A stretch of DNA of 64,000 bases from Yuukianura sp. NJ FZ-2021 (Eukaryota), in assembly GCA_046563655.1 (NCBI GenBank), contig CM102290.1, positions 9,982,001 through 10,046,000 of the forward strand, written 5' to 3'. This document shows, one piece after another, positions 32,601 through 49,000 of this stretch (within the stretch, counting starts at the first letter, position 1; each line of letters opens with the position of its first letter). Both the position numbers and the translations under genes were made by a program. The notes under the pieces were generated by a model, which saw only the letters and a list, made by a program, of their open reading frames with translations, did not search any database and was not told the origin of the DNA.

Positions 32601-34355
32601 TCGTGGGGACCCATGAATGGCAAAAATTCACACTTTTCCTCTCGAGCCAGCTCCATCTACAAGCGATAAACGTCAAAAATCAACCTTATAATTTCAAAAA
32701 TGAGGTTGATACTTGATCAGCTTGACCACTGACCTCTTCCGGAACTGCCCGAATGTTGGTAAATCCTCTTCGGAAGACGACGTAAACTCGAGATGCTCCG
32801 CATCTGAGAGCAGAAGTGGCACAATCAAACGCCGTGTCTCCAGCACCCAACACGATCACATTCCCATGAAGTTTTGGAAGAGCCTTGGCAGAGCAATGAC
32901 ACATGCCTATCATATCAACAGACATCGGATGTTAATCACAGTTTAATTAAGTTAAGGCGTTAGTTTTTGCATTACCAGGTTTGCTTGCAAGCGACACTTT
33001 AGGTAAAAAGTCTTTGGAAGTGTAGAATCCCATTTCTTCTGTCAAGTTCTCAAAGGGATGGACGCGTTTTGGATTCGGCAGACCAATACCCACGAAGATA
33101 GCGCCATAACCCTCTGCCTTCAATTTCTGTAAGCAACAAATCAGTCAATACCAATTAAGTCGACAATTTTACCTCATCAGTTCAAAATATGCCAAAATTT
33201 TGAAGTTTTGGAACATGCTTCGTTTTTACTTACCTTAATCGTGATGTCTTGCGTGCTGAGTTTTCGTCCCGTTTCGATTTGAACTCCCAAGTCCTTCATC
33301 AGTTCAATTTCGTAGTGAACGACGTCAATCGGAAGACGGTACTGCGGAATCTCAGAAGAGCTGAGTCCACCAATGTACGGCTCCTTTTCGAAAATACGCA
33401 AATTTCTGTAACCAAGGCGACCGAGGAAGGTGGCACAGGAGACGGAGGCGGGGCCACATCCAATGAGAGCCACCTTCGTATCGTAACTTTCTCCCTCGGC
33501 ACAAATATGCGGTGGTCGGATTTGTGGAATTTTCATTTTCATAAAAATCTGGAAAAAATACATATTTCAAAAACTGATGGAATTTTATGATTTCGAAAGT
33601 TGATTGTGGTAAATTACATCAGTGGCAAAGTGTTGCAATCCTCCGATGTTGATTGGTCCTTCCTCAGACGCGTACAAATTGCATGATCCAACGCAGAGGT
33701 CACTGGTGGGACACACCATACCGCAGGTCAATCCAAGTGGATTGTCAGAAAAGATGGCCTTGGCTGCTCCATAGTAGTTCTGCAACAGGCAAAATTTTAG
33801 AAATTGAAATTTAAAATTTTGAAAATTCTTTATTTTTTTTTTAAAGTTACTCACCTTTGTTGCTATTGAGCTAATGAAACTCTTGACATCCAGTTGTGTT
33901 GGACATGATTTTTGACATGGAGCGTCAGCACATTTGAGACAACGCTGAGCTTCTTTCAGAGCTCCACGTTCACTCAGGGTCGTGTGCTTCACATCATCAA
34001 AGTTATTGTACAACGTTGTGCAGGTCTACATAAAAATCAGAATTTTAATTTTTTCTTTCAAAATTTTTATTTTTTTAAAATCATGTGAAAAGTTCCCTTA
34101 CACCGCATGTCTTGTCCTGGTTTCTCTTCCAGTTCTTCTTGTTGACCTTCGTTTCTGCCGATGGTACGAGGGAAGCGTGTGGCTTGATCTTCGGATTCAG
34201 TGCCAACAGATTCTAGAAATAGGTCAAATTTTACAAAATTTCAATATCAATGTAAAAAAAAAATTGGAAAGTCACATTTTAGAGATCAAAGGTCAACCGT
34301 TTCCACTCACCTCTATATCGGCGACATCCTTACTCAAAACTTTAGTGGCACTCAT
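29657..34355 (-). CDS. DPYD: Dihydropyrimidine dehydrogenase (NADP+)
   Basis: Motifs [66 protein letters not shown], and C-terminal 4Fe-4S motifs [11 protein letters not shown] and [11 protein letters not shown]. Ends [12 protein letters not shown]. Confidence 0.98.
31083..31335 (-). repeat. Solo, diverged monomer of the 318-bp array family inside a DPYD intron (31036-31363)
   Basis: Its reverse complement matches the array unit (gagggtacctttttaaaatttctaaaa..actccatattttt..gaattc..gcgaagagtttac..ctctatcgct.tccgttc..gagatatgaatttt). It lacks the CCATGGACTATAGTCCATGG palindrome. Confidence 0.9.
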
Positions 34356-35217
34356 GTTATTTTGTTAGGTTTGACGTGTTCTGGAGAACGTTCAGTTAGC
34401 AACTGAAGTAGATTAGTGAGAGTGTCTTGTTGATCAATTGTTTCAAGTGTTCCTCCCACTTTCCAAATGGAAAGTTAACTATAACAGTAGTTAACTAATG
34501 TTTAATGACACTTAAATCTCACAGTTGGTCTATAACTCTTCACAATTACTAATCTCCCCCTGCACGCTCTTACTGAAATTTTCCTCTGGGTCAACTAGTC
34601 CTCTGCCGGTGACCTTGAAAAGAAGAATAGGAATATATACCCTATGAATCTTCTAACAACGCAAAATGTATCTTTACAATCCTCCTTTTACTTCAAAACA
34701 AACTTGTTCAACCTGTTTTTTTAAACTTTTCAAAAAGTTGAATTTTCACATTAAAATTTATACCAGACTCAGCAATAGTTGGTGACGTGGGGCCTAACAC
34801 TGGAAACTACTGATGGGATTTAGGTTTTATTTTAAATCCAACAAGAGTAATCACCGGGTCACTGAGTCATAAATAAATACGGTCAAGGTCAAAGTTCATT
34901 TGTCTGAAGGGGTGAGGGGGAGGGGTTAAAGAGACAAGAAGGGGGCGGGACTTGTGCTAATTTAGAAACAAAATAAATATATAGAAAAATATCACGTTGT
35001 TGATTATTCTCGATGATGGTGGAGTCTACTTTACCGAAGCGACTGATTCGTCTTGTCAGCATTAATTCCGTTTTGTAAAGGTCAAAAGTCATCACCAGCC
35101 CACATTTCTGTTCAAGCTCAAGGTCACACGTGCGAAATCTCAAAACATCTTCTTCTGGATTAGTAGGCTAGAGAAACCGTGCAGCACATTAAGTAAGGAG
35201 TAATTCGAAGCATGGAT

Positions 35218-38053
<2,836 letters not shown>

Positions 38054-41000
38054 TGTTAATTAACACACTCTGTAGCGGAACTGAGCCTTTACGCATTTCT
38101 CATCTCCCCGAGCATTTCCGACGTACTTCTCTTAGCTTCCCCGAATGACACTTCAACTTCGACAAAAAACGTTGAAACCTTGTGTGTGTGTGAATAATGT
38201 TGCAAGCGGTTTCAATAATCAACTCGAAGACAAATGAATGTATTTTGGTTGTTGCGATGTGTAAGGTTCGATTTTGAAAGCACCAGCACGTGAACCTGGT
38301 TAGTAACGAATAAAAATTAGAAACTTATTACTCAGTGCCGAGCCTAATGAATCGAATCCTGTCAACGACAACATACCTCGTTTGAGATTTGGTTTCCAAA
38401 AGATGAGATAAAATACATACAATTGGTTTGACCTTCCTGAACAGTATTGTTAAAGTCCAATTCGAGGATGACGATGGAATGCCGAGGTGTGGAAGAGAAT
38501 GAGGAAGTACTAGTCGTTAAGTAATTGTTTGACTCTATAATAACTGAATTAATTAAAATATAAAATTAGAACCTTGGAATATGCTTCCTGAGATCATATG
38601 TTCAATTGTTCTGTTATTCCACTGGACTCTGCCACTGCATCAACAGATGGAGCTCGTATATCCGATATCGGCTTTTGCAATATTGCAAATTCACGCAGTC
38701 CCTATATGCTATACTATACGAAGCAAAGTACAAAGGGTGTGGCCGCCCAGTACTCAAATACTCTTGGGATTTCGACAGAGTTACACACTATACGGTACCG
38801 GAAGGTTGAAACGGTTCATCCATATTCATTTTGTTCAACCTATATCAAAAACGTTAAAATAGTCAATGCTTCAATCAGAAGGTTCATCAATTATTAATAC
38901 AGTTTGCTATCACATCACATTCACAAGTTAGTTGACAAAGTGTTTTCACAATATTGCATTCTGCGTTTGTTAAAAGAAAAGCTCATGACTGTTACATTGA
39001 AACAGTTTATATTACAGTAGTTAACCTAAAACGTTACATTTGTAATTTAAAAAAGTAGAAGACAGTCAGTATTTGGGGCGCAATGTATGAAACGTAGTAG
39101 AATTATGTAACAATGTAAATGCATCAAATCCATTAAATAAAATGCTTACAACCTTAGATTTATTCTTTATAGTCGGACAATTAAATAATTTAAATTGTGG
39201 TTTGCTTTTTAAACTGCGTAAATTATCACTTGATTTGTGCTTATTTTAATGAGTTTCATAGACTTGTATTTTTCGACATTTGACATTCTTGTACCGCTTC
39301 GAAATAATTGGTGCAAGAATACTTTTTAACATAACTCAAATTCAACATAGCTATTCGGTTTATTTTTGCCATAAGTTATTGCACAACTACTGTAATTGTA
39401 ATGTACTGTTTAATTAGTTTTTCCATTTCTTTAAAACACACCGAATCTTGTTTAACGGAAACGGTATTGTTGGAAGTATCGGGTTCGAAACATTCATAAT
39501 GTTTTCGATCTCTGTTCGGTGGCGAGCATTGAGATAGTTTGTGGTGGTTGGATTGGCTGTCTGGGAAGAAGGCGGGAGGAGGTGAGTACGCAGGGCTGGG
39601 CAGTGAGGGAGTCCCCTCTGTCTCCACTTCATTCCCCACTGCACCAGCTCCTCTACTCTTCTGCGGCTTTTCCAGAGGGAACACACTCACCACACACAGT
39701 TCAAATTGGGCTGGGACACTATATCATCACTAATCATCAATTAATTAACACCGCACAATTGTTACCCAGTACCCACTCACAGGTCACAGTCAGCAGTCAG
39801 CTTCAAAAATCTACCGACATCACTACTTCAAGTCTCCGGCAGGTCAGTTATATTTTCCTTTCCATATTTGAAACAATCATCAATCGAACAGGTACTCTCT
39901 TTGGAATAAGTTCATTCAACTCCAAAATCGATTCAAACGTAGGAAGTAATCATAATCTAGAGTAGGATTAAGCTGAATTGATTATGAGTCGCAGCAGGAA
40001 ATGACCCAGGAACCATTGCAGAGTTATAGTTCTTTCAATGGTACATGTCAGTTCCATGGTACATTCATAGATTCATGTCCAAGTTCACTACACTGCCTAC
40101 ACAAGTTATTGATCTTCAAAGGAACATTTAATTGACTTTAGTTTTGTTGGAATCAGCAGGTCCTGCTGATCTAAGGGACATATCTCAACGTCATTCTAAA
40201 CGAACTGGTCATCGTCACTCATTGATTGCCCGATTCCTTGTAGTAGTGTACGTGTCCATTACGCAGTGATCACTGTGTGTAGCAAACAACAGACAAAAGC
40301 TATCTGTCATCTCGTCTGGAAGGATCTACCGTGTGAGTCATAGGATTTAGGCGAGGTCATGTTTAAATTTGGGTCAGTTAGGAATCCTAACTTAGGATCT
40401 GGTTTTAGCATTTAGGTTCTTAGTGGACAATTCTTGGTTAAATTAGCTCATCTTGTACTAGTGAAATACTAACGAGTGTATGTTTGTGAATTTGCCGAAG
40501 TAAGTCTTCTTATCTTCCAATTCTAATTAAGGACAGTGACGCACTGTTTAGGGAATTACAAATTGGAACAATCCTGTGGTTGTCTCTGGAAACTTCGTAT
40601 TCGTTCAGTCAATTAGTAGAATCTCACGCTTAATTTTCCTCTAAAGTCTCGTGTTTACATTGTGGCAAGTATGGACTGAATCTGATCTGTCTCATTACAA
40701 TAGGATATTTGCATTACAATGAATAGGACAAACGAAAAGATGAGCAGGATTATTAGGTCTGTCCATTTTTTGTTCGTTGGAATCTCAATGCCTTATTGCA
40801 TGGTCACTTCTTCCTGCCTGCATTGAAATATTCCATGGATAAGAGTCAAGAGGCCATCCAGAAATATGTGTACGTGTCACTGTTCCCCATTGTTTAGATT
40901 TGACACTCAGCCATTAAAAATAGAATATAAACTTCCAAGTCCACTTTCAGCACTGGCCGTTACTTTTTCTCTTCCGCAATTCTAAAAGTAGCGTCTGCAT

Positions 41001-43063
41001 TTGACCATTACGTAATCCTTGAGATTCCTAATTCTTCTAATGCATACTTTACAAACAAGGCTACACTGGATAGCTCGAAATGCCGAGGTCAGCAGTTGCA
41101 CAGCAGAAACAATTTTAGAATGAAGTGTCTCGCAGTTTTCATGTCTCCTTGTTCGTTTTCCATACACGTCTCAACGGTTAATGTTTTTTTTTTTTTTGTT
41201 CGACAGAAATAGATGAAGTTGCATTCAAAATTGAAATAACGAATCAATTAGTTTCGTCTGTGAGTGATATGTTTCAAATTTGTTATTATGATTTGCTGTT
41301 TCACGGTTAGATTGAGGAAGGAAGAGAGTGTGAACAGATCGGAATTGTGTAAACTGTAAACCGATACCGAGGTTTGTTTGTCATGTGTCAATTAGTCACT
41401 CGGTTGGCCCAGTGGTGCATGTTCAAAAGTGTATTTTTACAATGCATGCTCTGCATTTGGAACATTTCTATGATCTCTCCAGGAAGAAGTTTGGTTGAAG
41501 TAAGGCTGTGGGGATGGATTTTGGCCGTCAGCATTCCATAATTTCATAACATTTCACTTTGTTAACTACTTTTCAGGAGCCCACCACCCGGTTATTGTTT
41601 ACGTTTCAAAAAATACTGGTGTAACCTGTTGCCGCCTGCCTTACTTCAACCAACACCATCCATACGACGCTGAAAGTTAAAAGAGGCTTTGATTAGTTTG
41701 TTGGTTGAAGGTGATAACCCCTGTACTCCCATGTATTTGGTCCAGTTGGTTCCCACCCTATGGTTGACCTTATCTCCAGTGTCAACCTTACTCTCTACAG
41801 ATCCATTTAGAATATTTCAAATGTTTCATTTGTAGAACTAGGCTTGGGAACCTCCGTTCTTTAACGATCCTTGGGAATGTGGATCTCTTGGAGTCTAAAT
41901 CCATAATAATCCACTTGACTCGGAACATTTGAAGATCTCTATGTGGACTTTTTTGAGAGAGAGGGGTGGAAACTGGCAATTGTTTGGCATGAGCTTTTCA
42001 AAGTTTGAAGGACCAGACTCATCTTTGGCCTTCCTGCATAAACGCATCTTAACTAAAGCATTAATTGCTGCTCCTTCAATGATCAGTTCCACTCCTACTT
42101 TAACTCTTGCATGTAAAGTATGCCGATTTTTCTTCCAAAAATGTGTTTAAAAAATCGACACTTCAAGAACCAAAACATCCTCCTCTTCATACTCGATGGC
42201 GCCGGTTGAGGAACTTTGACTTTTAACACTCTTAAGATTGACACCATTTATGTGGCGGCGGAAGGTTAGGACGTCGTTTGTTTGTAGCATCCTCCATGTC
42301 AGTTGCATGTACGCTACAATGCCGTTACGTGATGTAACGGCGTTGGTAATTTTGCAGGATTGCGGATGAAGTTGAGTTAGGTTATGAGACAAAGGCTTTT
42401 GAAATACGAAATGCAACGTAACTTTTGAAATTTTAAAATGGTAACACCAATTGGAGTAGTTCTAGTTGGCCATGGTAGTTTAATGGGTTGGTGGACTTAC
42501 GTCATTTCTAATCATAGAAAATTCAAATGAAGAAGTAAGCATAAAGGCATGAAGAGAGTGGTAATGCTTGTTTAATGGAGAGACTCCGAAACGAAAGACT
42601 ATGATTGCGATGATGTTTTTTGCAAGGAAAAAGAACAAAGCAGATGGAGTGAACATTAATAAAAACCCAATCACACTGTGTACACTGTACTTTTGAAGCA
42701 CTTTCCTCAACATCCCAAATCCAAATGCTCATTTTTTCGCAACATCAGATGAACATTCTCGTAGTCTCGTCTAAGTGGGGCTTTTGGTGGTCGTGGTTTT
42801 TGGTTGGGTGTGTGCGTGAAGTGTGAGATTACTTGTTTTGCCAGTCTACGAGACCAGTACTCCTGCGGTGATAAGAATCTTAAACATAATTTAATTATTG
42901 ACTTCCTCCTGGTCCCTGCCCTCTTTTCGTCACTCCAAAATGTTAGCTAAACCTAACTAACCTAACAGGGTTTAGGTTAACCTAGCATGAAATACTTAAG
43001 CTAAATCCTAACGGGTAACGGGACAAAATGATTGATTTGCGTTTCGTTCTTGTTTTGCAGTGA

Positions 43064-46000
43064 ATGGCAGAGCCTGGAACAATGTCTGCAGAAGCACCAG
43101 AAGCGAACGGAGTTCTCAATGGAAATTTGGATGACGAGGACAAGGCTTCCTATCGACCGCCAGACATTGATGCGGTGAGGGAAATTTCAAAATTGAACCA
43201 GAAATACAAAATACATACAGACGTGCCTGACTTAGATTTGTAACGGTGTGAACTTTGTTTAGGACGTGAAGGAGATGGAGCGAAGAAAGCGGGTTGACCA
43301 CATCATGAGCAGCAAGATCTTCAAGGAAGAACTGGAAAAAATTATTGAGCAGCAAATTATGGAGGGCGGAGCTGGTTCTGGGTCTATCCTGGAGCAGATT
43401 TCGAACGTCATGGGAGCATCGAAGAGTTGGAAGGGGTCAATGCTCTTCCGTGGCGGGTCGTGCATGATTCCAATCAATGATATTCGGGGAGTGGACAACA
43501 TCGGATATGCCAAGGGAGAGAAGATGATGCGCTGCAAGCTAGCAGCTCTCTACCGAATCATTGACTTGCACGGTTGGTCTGAAATCATCTACAACCACAT
43601 CACTCTACGAGTTCATGCTGAAGAGGACCAGTTTCTCATCAACCCCTTTGGAATGCTCTACAATGAAATTACGGCTAGCTCACTTGTCAAAGTAGATATC
43701 AAGGTAATTTTGTTGAACTTTCACCCGAATCCATCATTCATACGAAGTACTTTGAATTTGCCAAAGAATTTGACAGATCGGAAGTGGACGAAAGCTTATT
43801 TGACTTTTGATGAATTGCAGGGAAACATCATAGAGCCTGGAACAACAAACTTGGGCGTGAACGTGGCTGGATTCACTCTGCACTCTGCAATCCATGCGTC
43901 TCGTCCCGACCTCAAGTGTATTGTTCATCATCATCATCCAGCTGCAGTAGCTGTAAGATTATGACATATTTTTGGCGTGAATTTTGTCGAAATGTATGCA
44001 CAAAAAGTAATAAATTTTTGAAAATGATTTGCTTTAGATTTCGTCTCTCAAGTGTGGCTTTCTGCCACTGTCACAGGAAGCAGCTATTGTTGGGGATGTG
44101 AGTTATCATGATTACCAGGGAATTGTGATTGATCCCGCAGAGAAGGATCTCATCATTCGGAATTTAGGTCCATTCAATAAGGTACACAATCTTTACAAAC
44201 TTTAGCAAACTATTCTTTTACAAATACAAACATAAAAAATATTATTTGAACAATGTAAATGTCCTCTGTAAAAATGATCATTTTATTTGCTGTGTTTTAG
44301 ATCTTGTTTTTGCGAAATCATGGTGTTGTCTGTTGTGGAGAATCGGTTGAAGAAGCCTTCCTCAATACATTCTTGACAGTTAAAGCTTGTGAAATCCAGG
44401 TTAACTTTAACTTTTAAATTAATTGATTTTAGCATCATTTAGTAACTTTCTAACTTTGCCGATTTTTTTTTGTGACAGATGAGTATAATGCCATTGGGTT
44501 TAGACAATGTGATAATTATGTCGGAGGAAAGTAGGAAGAAGGCTTATGATACTGCCCGCACCGGCGGTGGTATCAACAGCAAGGAAATTGGAGTTGTCGT
44601 TGATCCAAATGCGAAGCCATCTGAGAGCAAGAGGGAGAAGAAGTGGAAGTTTGGTGAACAGGAATTTGAAGCTCTCATGAGATGTCTGGATAATGCTGTA
44701 AGATCCTAGTTCTAAATGAACTGAATTGAAGTAATTTAAGAAATATTTTTATCAATTCAATTTGATGGATTTGATTTTTGAAATGTTTTCAGGGATATCG
44801 AACGGGACACATGTACAAGCAACCGCTGATCAAGAGCGATCTTCCGAGACCAAAGTATGACGTGGAACTGCCACCGGCCGTGTCATCTATGGGGTATTTA
44901 CTTGAAGAGGAGGAAATGTACCGCAACCAGTGAGTTCATTATTTTAAAAATTGCGGATTGAACTTAGTAATTTAACTTAATTTCTGGTGCTATGTGTGTT
45001 GATGTAGTCCGAACTTGAAGAAGCTCCTGGAAGGGAAGCGTGGGGCTGAAAAGACTCGGTGGCTCAACTCACCCAATGTTTACCAAAAAGTGGAAGTTCT
45101 GGAAACTGGAACGCAAGATCCAAAGAAAATCACAAAGGTAGTTACCGTCATTCAGAACTAAAAATCGAGCTAACCAAAGCTTTTTCTAAACACAACAAGT
45201 TCACAAAGAGTCTCTGTAACGCCTAAGCTCCTCGCCACTCGCTGCCACTTTATACACAAACAATCTTTGGTCATCTTTCTCTTGTCTTTTCTCTTTTTTT
45301 GGCTTTTATTGACAATTTACAGAAAACTAAAACTTCTTCTCTTTGCTTGGTTACTTTTCTTGTTGTGCACGTAACGTTTAAATTGTAAGAGTAACAAAAG
45401 ATACAATGGGTACGAAAGTTTACAACACAAACTTTAACTTCATTAACTGATTGTGTCATTTCATTAAGTTAGGACGAGAGGAGTCAATCAATTCCTACAA
45501 TTACGAATTAATTTAAAAGCAATCACAACTAGATTTAATTCCTATTTTGTTAAGTTACATTTAAGTTTAAGTTGAGTCAAGAATACTCAGTTGAGCATTT
45601 GATAGTCAGAAAATGGAAAAAGTCACAACTTTTTTGGCCAAGATCTTTACGCTACGCTAAGTGATCCAGGAACGAACTTCGGTGTTGAAGTTTTAACAGA
45701 AAAGCATAGTTTGTTTAACACGAGTTTGTGAGTGGGAAATTTGAAGGCTTTTCGTAGACTTTTTAGCTATTCATTCACTTAAAAAAATTAAATTTAAAAA
45801 AAAAGGCTTGAGAAAAAATGTACAATAAATTCCGCCTTCGCCAAGAGAGTGGATTTTCAGTGCATTTTATGACGTTTTTTCATCTGCTTGCATAAACTGG
45901 CTTTCGGGTTTTATGAGAAAATGCTTTGCTTAGTTAATCATTTTGTGCCGGTGTTAATTAGGGATTAATTAAATCGTGGTTAATTTAAGGATTAACTATT

Positions 46001-49000
46001 AGCTAAATTAAGGCGAATGCTTGGGATCTCTGGGGTTTCGTCGCTTGTGATCTGCTTAATTTCACTTGATCTCTGAAATCTCTCTTTGATTTTTTTTTTC
46101 AATTTCTGGAGCAAGACAAAACCATGTTCACATTTTCAATTACTTTAACAAACAACATGTTGGCACAAAATGATTTTCTGTTGTTTTTGTTAACGCTTGA
46201 ACATAACTGGGGCGGGGCTTGTTTGAATTAAGTTTTGAATTAAAAATGGACAAACATTTTTTCTAAAATTTTTGAAAAGTTACTGATTGAATGTTTGGTT
46301 TTGTCTTGCAGTGGGTTGCAGAAGGATCTCCTACGCATAGCACCCCTGTTAAAATTGATGGCACGCTCCAATTTGTTCCCAAAAATACGAACCCTAAGGA
46401 ATTCAAGAAACTCCAACAACAAGTAATGACCAACACGTCTTTTTTGACTTGACCCCGAAAGGTCATTGACCTTCGCTAGTACTTGAGGTCAATTTTTTCA
46501 ATGTCTCTGTGCAGATCAAGGAGAATCGGCGTGCGGGTGACATTTCTGCAGGTCCACAGTCTCAAATTCTGGAAGGCGTCACGTGGGACGAGGCACGACA
46601 AGTTCAGGTTGTCAAAAAATCTTCGGACTTTTCCTCCCTATTTTCTGATTTTTCGGCGACGAGAGATAACTTCCAATTTTCACGTCTCACTTTTCCTTAT
46701 GAAAACTTTCACGTTTCTTTGCCAAAATCCCAAGTTTGCTCGTCCTGAAAAGCTTCACACTTTCTCTTGATGGTGGTGGCAGGTCCATTTTTTCATAATC
46801 CTAACATTTGAAATGTGCCGCCCAGGAGCTCTCTCCAAGTTCAAATCCATCAATATGGGGGGCTCTTCTTTCATTTGCCTTGAAATGACAGTCTACAAAT
46901 TAGAGTCATCACTCATAATTCAACCCCAGAAACGGGTCTCTCCACCAGAAATTAATGGCTTCAATCAATTTAAATTTTACTTGCATAGTACAGATTCTTT
47001 TTTCAACTTCATTTTCAAAATTTGATGTTTTCAATTTCAATTCCATTTTTCATGGTCGACTTTTTCGTGTCGTCTTCAAAATTGTTCTTCTTCATCATTT
47101 TTTTTTTGCCTTTTCAACAGCATTTCTTAAAACTGAGTTTCCAATTCTGTAAAATTTTATTTCTCAACTCCTTTCTGGAAATTCTAACATTTGTCGAAGT
47201 TCATTTTTCAAAGTCAACGTTTTCAATTTTGCTTTTGGGAGTTATATTTTCCAACGTCATTTTCAGTTTAATTTTAAACATTCAAAATTGATTCTCGAAA
47301 TTGAAATTCGGTTTAAAAGTCAACTTTAAAAATCGGTGTAGAATCAAATATTGAAAAATGTTTACTCCAAAGCGAGGTCGAGAGGGAAGAGTTTATGTAG
47401 GGATGGATTTGAACTCGGGAGAGGTTAGGGAGCTGTTGAGCTTTGACCTCTGCTGGATTTCAGACAGGCAAAGGTCTAGGTCAAGGTATTCGATGTATGG
47501 TCGTACATGGGAAATGCAATGCAAATGTTCGATGCAAAATGTATGATATTCGTGCTTTGGCTGATGTGTGATTGTTGCTCAGGATGCGAATATGAGTGGA
47601 ACGGGTGAGCAGATCATTCTGGTTGGAGCGGCGTCCAAAGGAATTATCCAGAGAGACTTCCAGCACAATGCGACTGTCTACAAACAGCCCTTTGCGAAGA
47701 ACCCCTTTGACTCAGTTACGAACGAAGAACTGGAAGCGTACAAGCAAAGCATAGAGAACAAGAACAGAGGTTGGCATTATAGTATTTTTCAGCACTTTTT
47801 AGTTGGATGATGACACCTTGGGGCCCTTAATCTCATCAATGTATTTTTTTGATGATGCAGTAGGTTCTCCCGTTGCTGGTGGTGGAGGAGACACGGACGA
47901 GGACTCGCGAGATGGTAAGCCAGTTCCACACCTTTAATTGAAATGTGAGTAGTTGATTAAGCTGATGAAGGAGAATACGTGACTGGCGGCGGTGGAAGTG
48001 ACAGGGACTTTGTGTGGGTCTTTGCATTTTCTTGGAAAAAGTGGTGGTGGGAGATGGTGGAGGGTTCTTCGAAGCTGCAAAATGCCTTAATCACTCTTCT
48101 AACACTTCCTTTTCTCAGGAGGTCCAAGACCACAAGTATTGGAGATTGAGACGAAGCAAGTTCCGGTAGCCAGTAATCCAGAAGTCATTCGAAGCGAGGG
48201 TTAGCACAAAACGTCTTTCAAAGTCTTCTTCTTCTCGTTTTTTTGGGCATGTGGCAAATAGAGGTTTCAGAAATTGATTTTAATTTGACAATCCGCCAAC
48301 AGTTGGAACTTTTCACCTTGAGATCATGAACCAATTTTTTGGAGAAAGCTTACTAAAATTTTCTAGCATTTCTTGGCATAAGAGTTGGGCTTCTTCGTTC
48401 CTAAGGAATGATTTGAGCAGAAACCAACTTCCATGAAAACAAAAATCCCATAGACTTTTGGAATTTGTAGAAATGGACACATAGAAATCGATACGTATTT
48501 TTTGAAAATGGCGGAAAAGTGAGACAGTTTCATGTTTTTGAGACCTTTGTCCGCCCATGCCCATGAAATCAGGATTGTTACTCCCTCCGTGTCGTTGCCT
48601 CGTTTCTGTCACTTTCGTTCCACTGGACCATGATTTTTTTTGCTTGCAATCCTGTCCTCTGCTTCTCTGTCGTTTGTCTCCGCTTGAAAGGCAAGTGCGC
48701 TTTGGTTTGGGCTTTTCTTGCACCGTAGCATTTGACGGCGTGGTCTTCCGCACCGTGCTTTTGTGCGTCACTTTGTGGAAAGTGCACGTCAAGTCGTTGG
48801 GGCCCTTGTCCGTGATTGAGGAGGGAACGCAGAATGTGTCAAGTGTTGAGGGGCGGAGGACGCGGGAGGTTCAAAAACTGCGGTTTCTAGAACGTCTATT
48901 CTTTTGTAGCAAATGACTTCCCTGAGCCCTACGTCTCTCGATCAAAGTCCGCACGGTTTCCGCGTCAACGTAAGTTTTCATTTTTCTGCTCTTCTTTTTG

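Noticed and set aside
38467..39965. Overlapping ORFs between CCDC186 and adducin
   Set aside because: The best splice join hits a stop at once. The region fits 5'UTR exons and divergent promoters better.
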